DNA of 32,000 bases. Origin: an uncultured Alphaproteobacteria bacterium. GTDB taxonomy: Bacteria > Pseudomonadota > Alphaproteobacteria > Rs-D84. A program made the translations under genes and the position numbers. The DNA lies in assembly GCA_963931495.1 (NCBI GenBank), contig OZ007020.1, positions 60,001 to 92,000 of the forward strand, written 5' to 3'. Each line of letters opens with the position of its first letter. Position 1 is the first letter of the stretch. The notes below the pieces were generated by a model that saw nothing but the letters and a program-made list of their open reading frames with translations, did not search any database and had not been told where the DNA came from. Shown piece by piece: positions 17,279-25,150 of the stretch.

Positions 17279-18163
17279 TCACTGATAATATGCGTTTGAT
17301 GTGCAAGCCCAACTGCCGGTGGTGTCACTGCCGGTGCTGTACGAAGACGGAACATAGCATTTTGATACGGAAACTTCACCTGTGGGACCACTGGTGCCAC
17401 CGACACCGATATTGCCACCATACACCGCATCACCGGGATTGGCCGTCGTTTGGGTCCCAGACGAATGCGACGGGCACGGTGTACAATATTGTGATGGTTT
17501 TGCAGATGCACCTATTCCGCTTGTTTTGGGGGTTCCATAATAGCCCTTGGGGCAACGAATTTGTTTGGTCAGATTTGTCACACACTTATTACCACTGCAA
17601 CTGCGAAACGTACGCATTTGAATTGCATTACTGCCGCTGTATAAAGTTTCCCATTCGTCCGGCACGCATGTTGATTCATCACATGAACCAGACGGCGATG
17701 TCGTTTTGTTATACAGGCATTTATAGAATATCAATGTTGACGGACATCCGCGGATTTCAAATGTCTTGCGGGTGTAGTTCGTTTTGCAACCTGTTGCGGA
17801 TTTTGCGTAATATTTTATACCATCAATATCAAAACATACATTTGTGGTACCCGTGGCCCCAGAATCACCCAACACAGATGCAGACGAACCCGTATCTTGC
17901 CATTCGGTGCGACTGGAAATATCGGTACATCCCGCAGATATACACAACGCAAATCCGCCGCCACCACCACCGGCACCACCAGTACTATCTTCACACTGAA
18001 CACAGCAACTGGCGCCTTCCCAACTGCCGCATTCTATGCAGTTATGGATACATCTGTCGTCAGAAAAACTGATATCGCCACCCGAAGAACTGGCCGCGTT
18101 TGCATATTGGGCACACATGGTTAACATAATCGCCGAAAGCAAACCACCGTTTGGATTCGGCAA
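17279..18163 (-). CDS. Cys-rich putative secreted protein, 294 aa (about 22 Cys, Gly run, growth-factor-receptor/furin-like Cys spacing)
   Basis: Long ORF with a TTG start at 18163 giving a weak signal peptide, ...GLLSAIMLTMCAQYANA/ASS; the start is uncertain (next ATG at 18127). Contains GGAGGGGGG and RCPKGYYGTPK...QYCTPCPSHSSG. Confidence 0.75.
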   Translation of the reverse strand: MPNPNGGLLSAIMLTMCAQYANAASSSGGDISFSDDRCIHNCIECGSWEGASCCVQCEDSTGGAGGGGGGFALCISAGCTDISSRTEWQDTGSSASVLGDSGATGTTNVCFDIDGIKYYAKSATGCKTNYTRKTFEIRGCPSTLIFYKCLYNKTTSPSGSCDESTCVPDEWETLYSGSNAIQMRTFRSCSGNKCVTNLTKQIRCPKGYYGTPKTSGIGASAKPSQYCTPCPSHSSGTQTTANPGDAVYGGNIGVGGTSGPTGEVSVSKCYVPSSYSTGSDTTGSWACTSNAYYQ

Positions 18164-18200
18164 AAAGTGGAAGACAAAAAATGCAGAATTCTGGGATTTT

Positions 18201-18236
18201 TACAAAAATAAAAACCGCCATTATAAACGGTGGTTT
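18201..18236 (-). terminator. Hairpin + U-tract in the leader of the 294-aa gene (attenuator, sRNA terminator or back-up ppdK terminator)
   Basis: Minus strand: AAACCACC-gtttataat-GGCGGTTT (one G-U pair) followed by TTATTTTTG. Confidence 0.45.
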
Positions 18237-18261
18237 AGGTTAGGCATCTATTTACATTTTT

Positions 18262-18290
18262 ATTCTATATTTATCTGAATTTTATGTCAA
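18262..18290 (-). promoter_or_regulatory. Candidate sigma70 promoter between the two hairpins
   Basis: Minus strand reads TTGACA-N17-TAGAAT. Confidence 0.45.
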
Positions 18291-18296
18291 TGACAA

Positions 18297-18325
18297 TATA
18301 ATAAAAGCGCCCCGAATGGGGCGCT
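18297..18325 (-). terminator. Rho-independent terminator of ppdK
   Basis: AGCGCCCC-4 nt loop-GGGGCGCT (8-bp perfect stem) followed on the minus strand by TTTTATTATATT, 5 nt after the ppdK stop. Confidence 0.7.
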
Positions 18326-18330
18326 GGGGT

Positions 18331-20988
18331 TTATTTGCGCGGGAACTTAACCGCCGCCTGGGCCGCCGCCAAACGCGCAATTGGCACGCGGAACGGACTG
18401 CACGACACAGAATCAAATCCGACACGGTGAAAGAATTCCACCGATACTGGATCGCCCCCATGTTCACCACATACCCCCAGGTGAATCTGTTCACCCTTGG
18501 TACGACGTGCCTTGTCCACTGCATCTTGGATTAACAAGCCAACACCCGCCTGGTCCACAGACGCGAATGGGTCCGCAACATATATTCCGCGGGCACGGTA
18601 TTCATCCAGAATCTTGCCCGTGTCATCGCGCGACATCCCCAGTGTTGTCTGGGTCAAATCATTTGTGCCAAATTCAAAGAATTCGCAACTTTCCGCGATT
18701 TCATTTGCCAACAACGCGGCACGCGGTAATTCAATCATTGAACCCACCGTATATTCAACACTGTCGCCTGTTTCTGCAAACAATGCGTCCGCCGTGGCAT
18801 CAATCACAGCCTTGACAATGTCTACTTCTTTCTTGGAACCAACCAGTGGAACTTCTATTTCCGGAAACACGCGAATTCCGGCGTTTTTGCATTCAATTGC
18901 CGCAGACAAAATTGCACGCGTTTGCATTTCGCAAATTTCCGGATATGTAATCGCCAAACGGCAACCACGATGTCCCAACATTGGGTTCTGTTCATGTAAC
19001 GCTTCGGCACGCGCCTTGACGAATTCAACAGATTTACCAATATGCGCCGCCAGTTCGGCAATTTCCGCATCGGTATGTGGCAAGAATTCATGTAACGGCG
19101 GGTCAATCAAGCGAATTGTAACCGGCAAGCCATCCATAATCTTGAACAGTTCTGCAAAATCGGCCTTTTGATACGGCAACAATTTGTTCAATGCCGCACG
19201 GCGTCCCGCTTCGTCATCAGCCAAAATCATTTCGCGCATATCTTGGATACGGGCCGGATCAAAGAACATATGTTCTGTACGCGCCAGACCAATACCTTCG
19301 GCACCAAAATCACGCGCCTGTTTGGCATCTTTTGGTGTTTCGGCGTTTGCCTTGACCTTTAATGTCTTGATTTCATCAACCCATTGCATCAACGTACCGA
19401 AATTACCCGTTAATTCCACAGATACGGTTGGAACCTGGCCGGCGATAATTTGTCCCTTGGCCCCATCAATAGAAACCCAGTCACCTTCGTTAATAACAAC
19501 ACCAGATGTCGTTTTCATTGTCTTGGATTCATAGTCAATCTTGATATCTGGGGAACCAGATACGCATGGCGTACCCATACCACGTGCAACCACCGCCGCA
19601 TGCGATGTCATACCACCACGCGCCGTGATAACACCCTGGGCGGCATTCATTCCAGCGATATCTTCGGGTGATGTTTCAACACGAATTAACATTACCTTTT
19701 TGCCATCTGCGGCCCATTTTTCCGCATCTTCGGCACTGAATACGGCCTGGCCAACGGCGGCACCTGGGGATGCCGGCAATCCAGTTGCGATGACGTTCTT
19801 TTCCGCCTTGGGGTCCAGCATTGGGTGCAACAAGTGATCCAACTGGTCGGCACCAACGCGCAAGATTGCTTCTTCTTTGGTCAACAGCCCTTCGTTCACC
19901 ATTTCAACCGCCATACGAACCGCCGCGGCCGCAGTGCGTTTGCCATTACGGCACTGTAACATCCACAGTTTGCCATGTTCAATGGTGAATTCCATATCCT
20001 GCATATCTTTGTAATGTTTTTCCAATTTTTCACGAACATCGCACAGTTCTTTATATACATCTGGCATTGTTTCTTCCAATGACGGACGTCCAGAATCATC
20101 GCGGCTCATCGGTTGTGGGGTACGGATACCGGCAACAACGTCTTCGCCCTGGGCATTAATCAAATATTCACCATAGTATTTGTTTTCACCGGTCGCGGGG
20201 TCACGGCTGAAACACACACCCGTGGCGGAATCATCCCCAGAATTTCCAAACACCATTGCCTGGACATTAACCGCAGTACCCCAGTCACCCGGGATGTTGT
20301 TCAATTTGCGGTATGTGATGGCTTTCTTGCTCATCCAACTGCCAAATACGGCGCCAATACCCAATTTCAATTGTTCCCATGGATCTTGCGGGAATACCTT
20401 GCCAATTTTAACACCGATTTCTTTGAATTTTTCCACCAGTTCTTTCAGGTCATCTGCGGTCAATTCTGTGTCAACCTTGTAACCCTTATCTTCCTTCATC
20501 CGTTCCAGTGTATGTTCAAACAAATCAATATCTGCCCCCAGAACAACATCAGAAAACATCATGATAAAGCGACGATACGAATCATATGCAAACCGTTCGT
20601 TGCCAGAATGACGTGCCAGCGCCTTGACCGTTTCGTCATTCAAGCCCAGATTCAACACAGTATCCATCATGCCAGGCATTGAAACACGCGCCCCAGAACG
20701 AACAGAAACCAATAATGGATTATCCATGTCTGCAAACTTTTTGCCCATTATATTTTCAATATGCGCAACACCATCACGAACCTGGTCCATTAAATCAGAC
20801 GGATATGTCTGGTTATTGTCGTAATAGTATTTGCACACTTCGGTCGTGACAGTAAATCCCGCCGGAACCGGCAATCCAACCAAATTCATTTCCGCCAAGT
20901 TTGCACCCTTGCCCCCCAGCAGGTTGCGCATATCGGCTTTGCCCTCTGCGGCACCATTGCCAAAGGTATATACCCATTTATTGCTCAT
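18331..20988 (-). CDS. ppdK: Pyruvate, phosphate dikinase
   Basis: ORF track gives 18331..21069. I trimmed it to the ATG at 20988 (MSNKWVYTFGNGAAEGKADMRNLLGGKGANLAEM), which has SD GGAGAA upstream. Phospho-His loop GGMTSHAAVVARGMG. C-terminal PEP-utilising TIM-barrel motifs. 885 aa. Confidence 0.95.
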   Translation of the reverse strand: MSNKWVYTFGNGAAEGKADMRNLLGGKGANLAEMNLVGLPVPAGFTVTTEVCKYYYDNNQTYPSDLMDQVRDGVAHIENIMGKKFADMDNPLLVSVRSGARVSMPGMMDTVLNLGLNDETVKALARHSGNERFAYDSYRRFIMMFSDVVLGADIDLFEHTLERMKEDKGYKVDTELTADDLKELVEKFKEIGVKIGKVFPQDPWEQLKLGIGAVFGSWMSKKAITYRKLNNIPGDWGTAVNVQAMVFGNSGDDSATGVCFSRDPATGENKYYGEYLINAQGEDVVAGIRTPQPMSRDDSGRPSLEETMPDVYKELCDVREKLEKHYKDMQDMEFTIEHGKLWMLQCRNGKRTAAAAVRMAVEMVNEGLLTKEEAILRVGADQLDHLLHPMLDPKAEKNVIATGLPASPGAAVGQAVFSAEDAEKWAADGKKVMLIRVETSPEDIAGMNAAQGVITARGGMTSHAAVVARGMGTPCVSGSPDIKIDYESKTMKTTSGVVINEGDWVSIDGAKGQIIAGQVPTVSVELTGNFGTLMQWVDEIKTLKVKANAETPKDAKQARDFGAEGIGLARTEHMFFDPARIQDMREMILADDEAGRRAALNKLLPYQKADFAELFKIMDGLPVTIRLIDPPLHEFLPHTDAEIAELAAHIGKSVEFVKARAEALHEQNPMLGHRGCRLAITYPEICEMQTRAILSAAIECKNAGIRVFPEIEVPLVGSKKEVDIVKAVIDATADALFAETGDSVEYTVGSMIELPRAALLANEIAESCEFFEFGTNDLTQTTLGMSRDDTGKILDEYRARGIYVADPFASVDQAGVGLLIQDAVDKARRTKGEQIHLGVCGEHGGDPVSVEFFHRVGFDSVSCSPFRVPIARLAAAQAAVKFPRK

Positions 20989-21122
20989 TATGGTTTCTCC
21001 TTGCTTAAAATTAAAACGCCCAGCGATTTTGCGGAAAATAACGCATAAATGCAAGAAAAAAAGCACCATATTTTGGATTTTTTAACTTTACAAATGCGAA
21101 TTTCGCGGGTATTTTGGTGAGT

Positions 21123-21692
21123 ATGACAAATTTGAAAGACTTGGCATTTGTTGCCGAATTAAATAACCATCTGAAAACCGGCGGTGTAATTGCATTCCCA
21201 ACCGATACTGTATGGGGACTGGGGGCATTACCAACGCGTGCGGGCGCGGATGCGCTGTTTGAAATTAAACGGCGGCCGGCGAACAAGCATTTAATCATTA
21301 TGTCGGACTGTTTTGAACACATTAAACCATACATGGCGAATTATCCCGCGCGTGCGTTTGAATTGGCACAAAAATATTGGCCGGGCGCACTGACCATTGG
21401 TGTGCCGGTGGCGGGGACTGATTCCATGGTGTTTGGTGGGGTGCGCGTGCCGAATTACATGCCATTTATGGAATTATGCGGCGTGATTGACGGGCATTGT
21501 TTGGCAACAACATCGGCAAATATATCGGGTCAGCCGACATTACAATCCGCCGACGAGATACGAAAAACATTTCCAAACATAATCGTAATTGATAACGCGT
21601 TTGAACCGATGGGTGGCGCCCCCAGCACAGTGGCTGTTCTGGACGGCGACGATATAAACATCGTCCGCAATGGCGCGGTGGTGATTGAATAA
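21123..21692 (+). CDS. tsaC: L-threonylcarbamoyladenylate synthase, YrdC/TsaC type (t6A biosynthesis)
   Basis: 189 aa from the ATG at 21123 (ORF track starts at TTG 21114). Motifs GGVIAFPTDTVWGLG, FEIKRRPANKHLIIM, YWPGALT and TSANISGQP. Confidence 0.85.
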   Translation: MTNLKDLAFVAELNNHLKTGGVIAFPTDTVWGLGALPTRAGADALFEIKRRPANKHLIIMSDCFEHIKPYMANYPARAFELAQKYWPGALTIGVPVAGTDSMVFGGVRVPNYMPFMELCGVIDGHCLATTSANISGQPTLQSADEIRKTFPNIIVIDNAFEPMGGAPSTVAVLDGDDINIVRNGAVVIE

Positions 21693-21725
21693 AAAATCCA
21701 TCGGGCTTACGCCCGGGGTATTACG

Positions 21726-21949
21726 TCAGAACAATAAAATTATAACATTTTCACGTATGGTATAATAAATACGATAACCTGCCCCAAAGAAGAATCGCAT
21801 TTCCATTATGCTGTACCAACAGATTTTACATCACCCAAATTCCCCCGTTCTGCCCTGTCAATGCGTGTCATTATTCTGTTCTGATTTTTAGAATCTTTCA
21901 ACGTTTCAAACCAATCAGTAAATAATATTTGTTTTTTGTGTTTTATACA
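21726..21949 (-). pseudogene. Decayed RelE/ParE-superfamily 'addiction module killer' toxin gene (Gp49/HigB-like)
   Basis: Manual translation. Frame 1 gives (ATA)KHKKQILFTDWFETLKDSKNQNRIMTRIDRAERGNLGDVKSVGTA, ending in a stop at 21808-21806. A shifted frame continues EMRFFFGAGYRIYYTIRENVIILLF and then stops. Joined, this matches the family pattern F..W...L.D...R.RI..R...L..GN.GD.K.VG.GV.ELRI..GPGYR.YF......IILL. There is no start codon, a frameshift, a truncated C-terminus and no antitoxin gene. Confidence 0.75.
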
Positions 21950-22050
21950 TTATCAAACACCCTATGCGTATTCTTATGCATTCTCTTCTTTGGTTACACG
22001 CGCATTGCGAACTATATTTTACACATTATCAAATACAAAAGACAAAAACA

Positions 22051-22587
22051 TCAAATCGGTTTGCTGATATATGGGCTGTTTGCAATTGCAAAACGATATG
22101 GCAGTTGTGCATCTGCACCAGCATAGTCAACACCTATACGCGAACCTGTTTTTATTTTTGGTATTCTGTCGCGCGGTTCCAGCCAAATCTTGGTACCACA
22201 CGTTAAATCCAACTTATTATCATCACGCGTGATTTGTAAACGCTTTGTTAACTTTGCAGGACCATTACAATTATCATATTCCAGCGCACGTATCAACACC
22301 GCCGCAGGCGTACCCACCGCCCCCAACACCACATTAAACATATTATGTAATCCATAGCATAAATATACGTATGCATACCCCCCAGCCATAAACATTGCGT
22401 CATTACGCGCCGTGCACCGACCACCAAACGCGTGGCACGCCCTGTCATTTTCCAGATATAATTCCAGTTCACAAATCTGTGCACGAATAAATTCGCCATC
22501 TGGCATTTCGCGGCACAACCATGCACCGACCAATTCGTGTGCCACATTCATTGGGTTTTGCAAATAAAAATCACGCTGAAATATCAT
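22051..22587 (-). CDS. mpg: DNA-3-methyladenine glycosylase (AAG/MPG family)
   Basis: 178 aa: FYLQNPMNVAHELVGAWL..., ICELELYLENDRACHAF..., TARNDAMFMAGGYAYVYLCYGLHNMFNVV... Confidence 0.85.
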   Translation of the reverse strand: MIFQRDFYLQNPMNVAHELVGAWLCREMPDGEFIRAQICELELYLENDRACHAFGGRCTARNDAMFMAGGYAYVYLCYGLHNMFNVVLGAVGTPAAVLIRALEYDNCNGPAKLTKRLQITRDDNKLDLTCGTKIWLEPRDRIPKIKTGSRIGVDYAGADAQLPYRFAIANSPYISKPI

Positions 22588-22639
22588 TATGATTTCATAC
22601 CTGAATAAATATTATCACCATAATGATAAGATACCATTT

Positions 22640-23131
22640 ATGACACGCAAGAATAATTTTCGTTCTGCCGGTGCAATTGTATTGGGCATGCATGATGCGT
22701 TGGTATCACTGACTGGGCTGATTGTTGGATTGGCCGTCGCAATGGCCGACAGATATGTAATTATCCTGACCGCGATTATTGCGTCCATCACGGCCAGTCT
22801 GTCCATGGGCGCATCAAATTACCTGGCAACGCGGGCGGGCGACAACGATGGTGGACACGCATTCAAATACGCACTTTACACCGGTGGCGCATATATGGCA
22901 ACCTGTGCAATGTTAATCGTACCGTTTTTTATGTTTGAAAATCGCGTTGCGGAAATAGCGGCAATGTTTGTGATTGCCGTGGCCGAGATTTTTGGATTTA
23001 ATTATTACCTGGGGCGCACGCGACGACAACCATATATGCGAAACTTTCTGGAAATGCTGGGGGTATGCACAGGTGTGTCAATTGTTGCTTTTTTAATCGG
23101 TCTGTGTGCAAACGAATGTTTCGGATTATAG
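22640..23131 (+). CDS. VIT1/CCC1-family membrane protein (putative Fe/Mn transporter), short form
   Basis: GAIVLGMHDALVSLTGLIVGLAVA and SLSMGASNYLATRAG are VIT-family-like. 4-5 TM segments. I prefer the start at ATG 22640. The ORF-track start at 22589 would lie 1 nt from the divergent mpg start. Confidence 0.7.
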   Translation: MTRKNNFRSAGAIVLGMHDALVSLTGLIVGLAVAMADRYVIILTAIIASITASLSMGASNYLATRAGDNDGGHAFKYALYTGGAYMATCAMLIVPFFMFENRVAEIAAMFVIAVAEIFGFNYYLGRTRRQPYMRNFLEMLGVCTGVSIVAFLIGLCANECFGL

Positions 23132-23171
23132 GTATATTAATCGTGCCCAATCGTGATAGTAGATACAAAAT

Positions 23172-23199
23172 AAAAATCCGCATTTACGTGCGGATTTTT
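23172..23199. terminator. Bidirectional rho-independent terminator between the convergent VIT gene and the orphan operon
   Basis: AAAAATCCGCA-tttacg-TGCGGATTTTT. Confidence 0.7.
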
Positions 23200-23218
23200 C
23201 GTACAAATCAACCATCAT

Positions 23219-23677
23219 TTAGATTCGCGTGTTTTCCATAACATTACGGATGCAAGACACGACCTTTTTATCCATATACAACTGGTACAGTGTATCAACC
23301 GCCAAATTAGTGCACGCATCGGCCACAGACAAATATAATCTGTTACAAATCCATCCTGTTTCACCACAGTCAAATTTTACATTGTACCATGCCACACGAT
23401 TAACTTTTATGCCAGGGGCCTCGGTCGGGGTGGCGCGTTTTTGATATGACATATTATACGGAACAGAACTGTTCGCCGCGGTTTGTAATTGAACTTCGCG
23501 CAGTACCAATGGCCGCCCATTTAATGTTTGATGCGCCCAGAAATTTTTTGCCTGGGCAAAATAAAAACGCGCCATATTCAAATTAGTTTGCGGATATCCA
23601 CGATAGTACTTGTTGCCACGTGCATCATTAGAATATACCCCAGAATCATTAACTGTAATCACTTTATTTTCATTCAT
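23219..23677 (-). CDS. Hypothetical protein, 152 aa (orphan operon gene 5)
   Basis: ATG start 17 nt after the upstream stop. No recognisable domain. Confidence 0.7.
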   Translation of the reverse strand: MNENKVITVNDSGVYSNDARGNKYYRGYPQTNLNMARFYFAQAKNFWAHQTLNGRPLVLREVQLQTAANSSVPYNMSYQKRATPTEAPGIKVNRVAWYNVKFDCGETGWICNRLYLSVADACTNLAVDTLYQLYMDKKVVSCIRNVMENTRI

Positions 23678-23694
23678 ATTTTCATACCCTTTTA

Positions 23695-24372
23695 TTACTT
23701 TGTCCGTTGTTTATTACATTGCAAACGACTTATATGCGGCAATATATGTTGCGAATATATGCCAAAAAATAAATCTTCGGCACGTGCGTATAATCTTGGC
23801 ACTGATTTATCATTAATACAAATAACTTTTTCACCAATTTCCAGAATGTAACGCCGTTCTTTTTCATCTGCGGGTATGTGACATAACGCAACATTACCAC
23901 AGTATATCTTGAACATATACCCAACGCGCGTAATCACAATACCATCAGATTGACAACGACGCTTGTCCGCCGCGCGGTTATCTTTTATTATAACAATGTT
24001 AAACGGGTTATGCAGCCCACGACGAATACGTTCCAACGCAAACCAAGAACAAATGTCATCATCAGAGAAACAGTCCAGATACTTGTTATGTGTGATTTTA
24101 TCTGAAAACTGCTGGATAGCCGCCCGAATGCGATTACGCCGATTGGCAATTTTATATACACGATGCATCAAGCGATATGTCCCCACAGACAGTAATGGAT
24201 CATCTGATAAATTAATACGTGCACCCGATACCGTCAACGAAACATTCGTATAGAACGGATTATCGGGCATAATCACTATATCATTTATAAAAATTTTTCC
24301 GTCCTTGATAACCGCGTTACGCGCATCACGCATGCCACGACGCAAAGATTTCTGGACATCAGCACCATTCAT
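23695..24372 (-). CDS. Hypothetical protein, 225 aa (orphan operon gene 4)
   Basis: ORF track gives 23695..24546. I trimmed it to the ATG at 24372 (MNGADVQKSLRRG...), preceded by GGGG 7 nt upstream and a candidate TTGACA-N16-TAAAAT promoter. Confidence 0.65.
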   Translation of the reverse strand: MNGADVQKSLRRGMRDARNAVIKDGKIFINDIVIMPDNPFYTNVSLTVSGARINLSDDPLLSVGTYRLMHRVYKIANRRNRIRAAIQQFSDKITHNKYLDCFSDDDICSWFALERIRRGLHNPFNIVIIKDNRAADKRRCQSDGIVITRVGYMFKIYCGNVALCHIPADEKERRYILEIGEKVICINDKSVPRLYARAEDLFFGIYSQHILPHISRLQCNKQRTK

Positions 24373-24428
24373 AATAACCCCATTTATCAACAGGAATATT
24401 TTATACAAATAATATTGTTTGTCAATAT

Positions 24429-24794
24429 TTATCTTGACCGTTTCATACAAGATTCGCGAAACATCTGCCAAAACGCCGGCCCACCAAATTCCTGTGGGCA
24501 ATTTTTCGGGCTGCATGCCCAGCGACGCACTGGATTTGCCGCGCACATACGCGCAGGCACGCGGTTATGCAATTTATCAATGCATGCACGATATTCATCT
24601 ATGGCTTGTTCTAAATCATAATAAATGTATGCCCGTGATTCATACTGACACGAACCAGGGGTATAAAATTGCTTCATCACAACAGAAAAAACATCGCCCT
24701 GTTCAAAGATTTTTGCATTATAATTATAAATCCCATTATCTTTGAACATACAAACTTCGCCATTTTTATCAGAATATTTTGCATATATTTTCAT
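24429..24794 (-). CDS. Hypothetical protein, 121 aa (orphan operon gene 3)
   Basis: ORF track gives 24429..24863. I trimmed it to the ATG at 24794 (MKIYAKYSDKNGEV...), with GGGGG about 7 nt upstream. Confidence 0.65.
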   Translation of the reverse strand: MKIYAKYSDKNGEVCMFKDNGIYNYNAKIFEQGDVFSVVMKQFYTPGSCQYESRAYIYYDLEQAIDEYRACIDKLHNRVPARMCAANPVRRWACSPKNCPQEFGGPAFWQMFRESCMKRSR

Positions 24795-24808
24795 ATTACA
24801 GCCCCCAT

Positions 24809-25150
24809 TCATTTCATACAGAATATCAAATAAATAAAAGATCGCAATAAAAGTCTGCCACAATGGCCAAAACTATTTTTTAATTTATGTGCGGTTATAA
24901 CGGTATTGCTGTGGGCGTTTGTGGTCAGGACAAAATCAGACCCATATATATAATAATTTTTGCCGCGCCGAATAACAGAATCTGGCAATGTGGCCGCCAC
25001 CACCGCACGAGGCCCCGCAACAACATCATCTGTTTCCAGATTCAAATTACGCTTTATGCGTAACGCCCCCAATCCCGCCGCGTGTAAAGATTGTACCGAA
25101 TTTTTCATCCATCCCAAAATACAAAGAAATCTGATACCGCGCAAAGTCAC
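24809..25150 (-). CDS. Hypothetical protein, 113 aa (orphan operon gene 2); weak DUF4258-like pattern
   Basis: The GTG start overlaps the upstream stop (GTGA at 25147-25150). SLHAAGLGALRIKRNLNLETDDVV...GKNYYIYGSDFVLTTNAHSNTVITAHKL loosely follows HA..R..eRgi....v......r..y......vv......vITvy. An alternative ATG start lies at 25108. Confidence 0.55.
   Translation of the reverse strand: MTLRGIRFLCILGWMKNSVQSLHAAGLGALRIKRNLNLETDDVVAGPRAVVAATLPDSVIRRGKNYYIYGSDFVLTTNAHSNTVITAHKLKNSFGHCGRLLLRSFIYLIFCMK

Noticed and set aside
17203-18072. 289-aa plus-strand ORF rich in His/Cys/Arg/Tyr
   Set aside because: It is antisense to the 294-aa Cys-rich gene. The minus-strand frame has a plausible signal peptide, structured Cys repeats and its own terminator. 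The plus frame starts inside the rplU promoter region and has no such support.
18381-20824. Multiple plus-strand ORFs of 64-224 aa
   Set aside because: All lie antisense to ppdK, whose identity is unambiguous.
20989-21069. N-terminal extensions proposed by the ORF track for ppdK (to 21069), rplU (to 17195), paralog P1 (to 6203), orphan genes 4 and 3 (to 24546 and 24863), uvrD (to 13558) and tsaC (from 21114)
   Set aside because: The internal ATGs give canonical family N-termini and/or have SD or promoter elements directly upstream. The extensions use non-ATG starts or overlap neighbouring genes or promoters.
21929-22206. 65-aa and 80-aa plus-strand ORFs in the tsaC-mpg spacer
   Set aside because: They overlap the toxin relic region and the 3' end of mpg, and have no coding signal.
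22589-22639. Start of the VIT-family gene at ATG 22589
   Set aside because: It would place divergent mpg and VIT start codons 1 nt apart, leaving no room for promoters. The extra 17 residues (MISYLNKYYHHNDKIPF) are not family-like. The ATG at 22640 is preferred, but the earlier start cannot be excluded.
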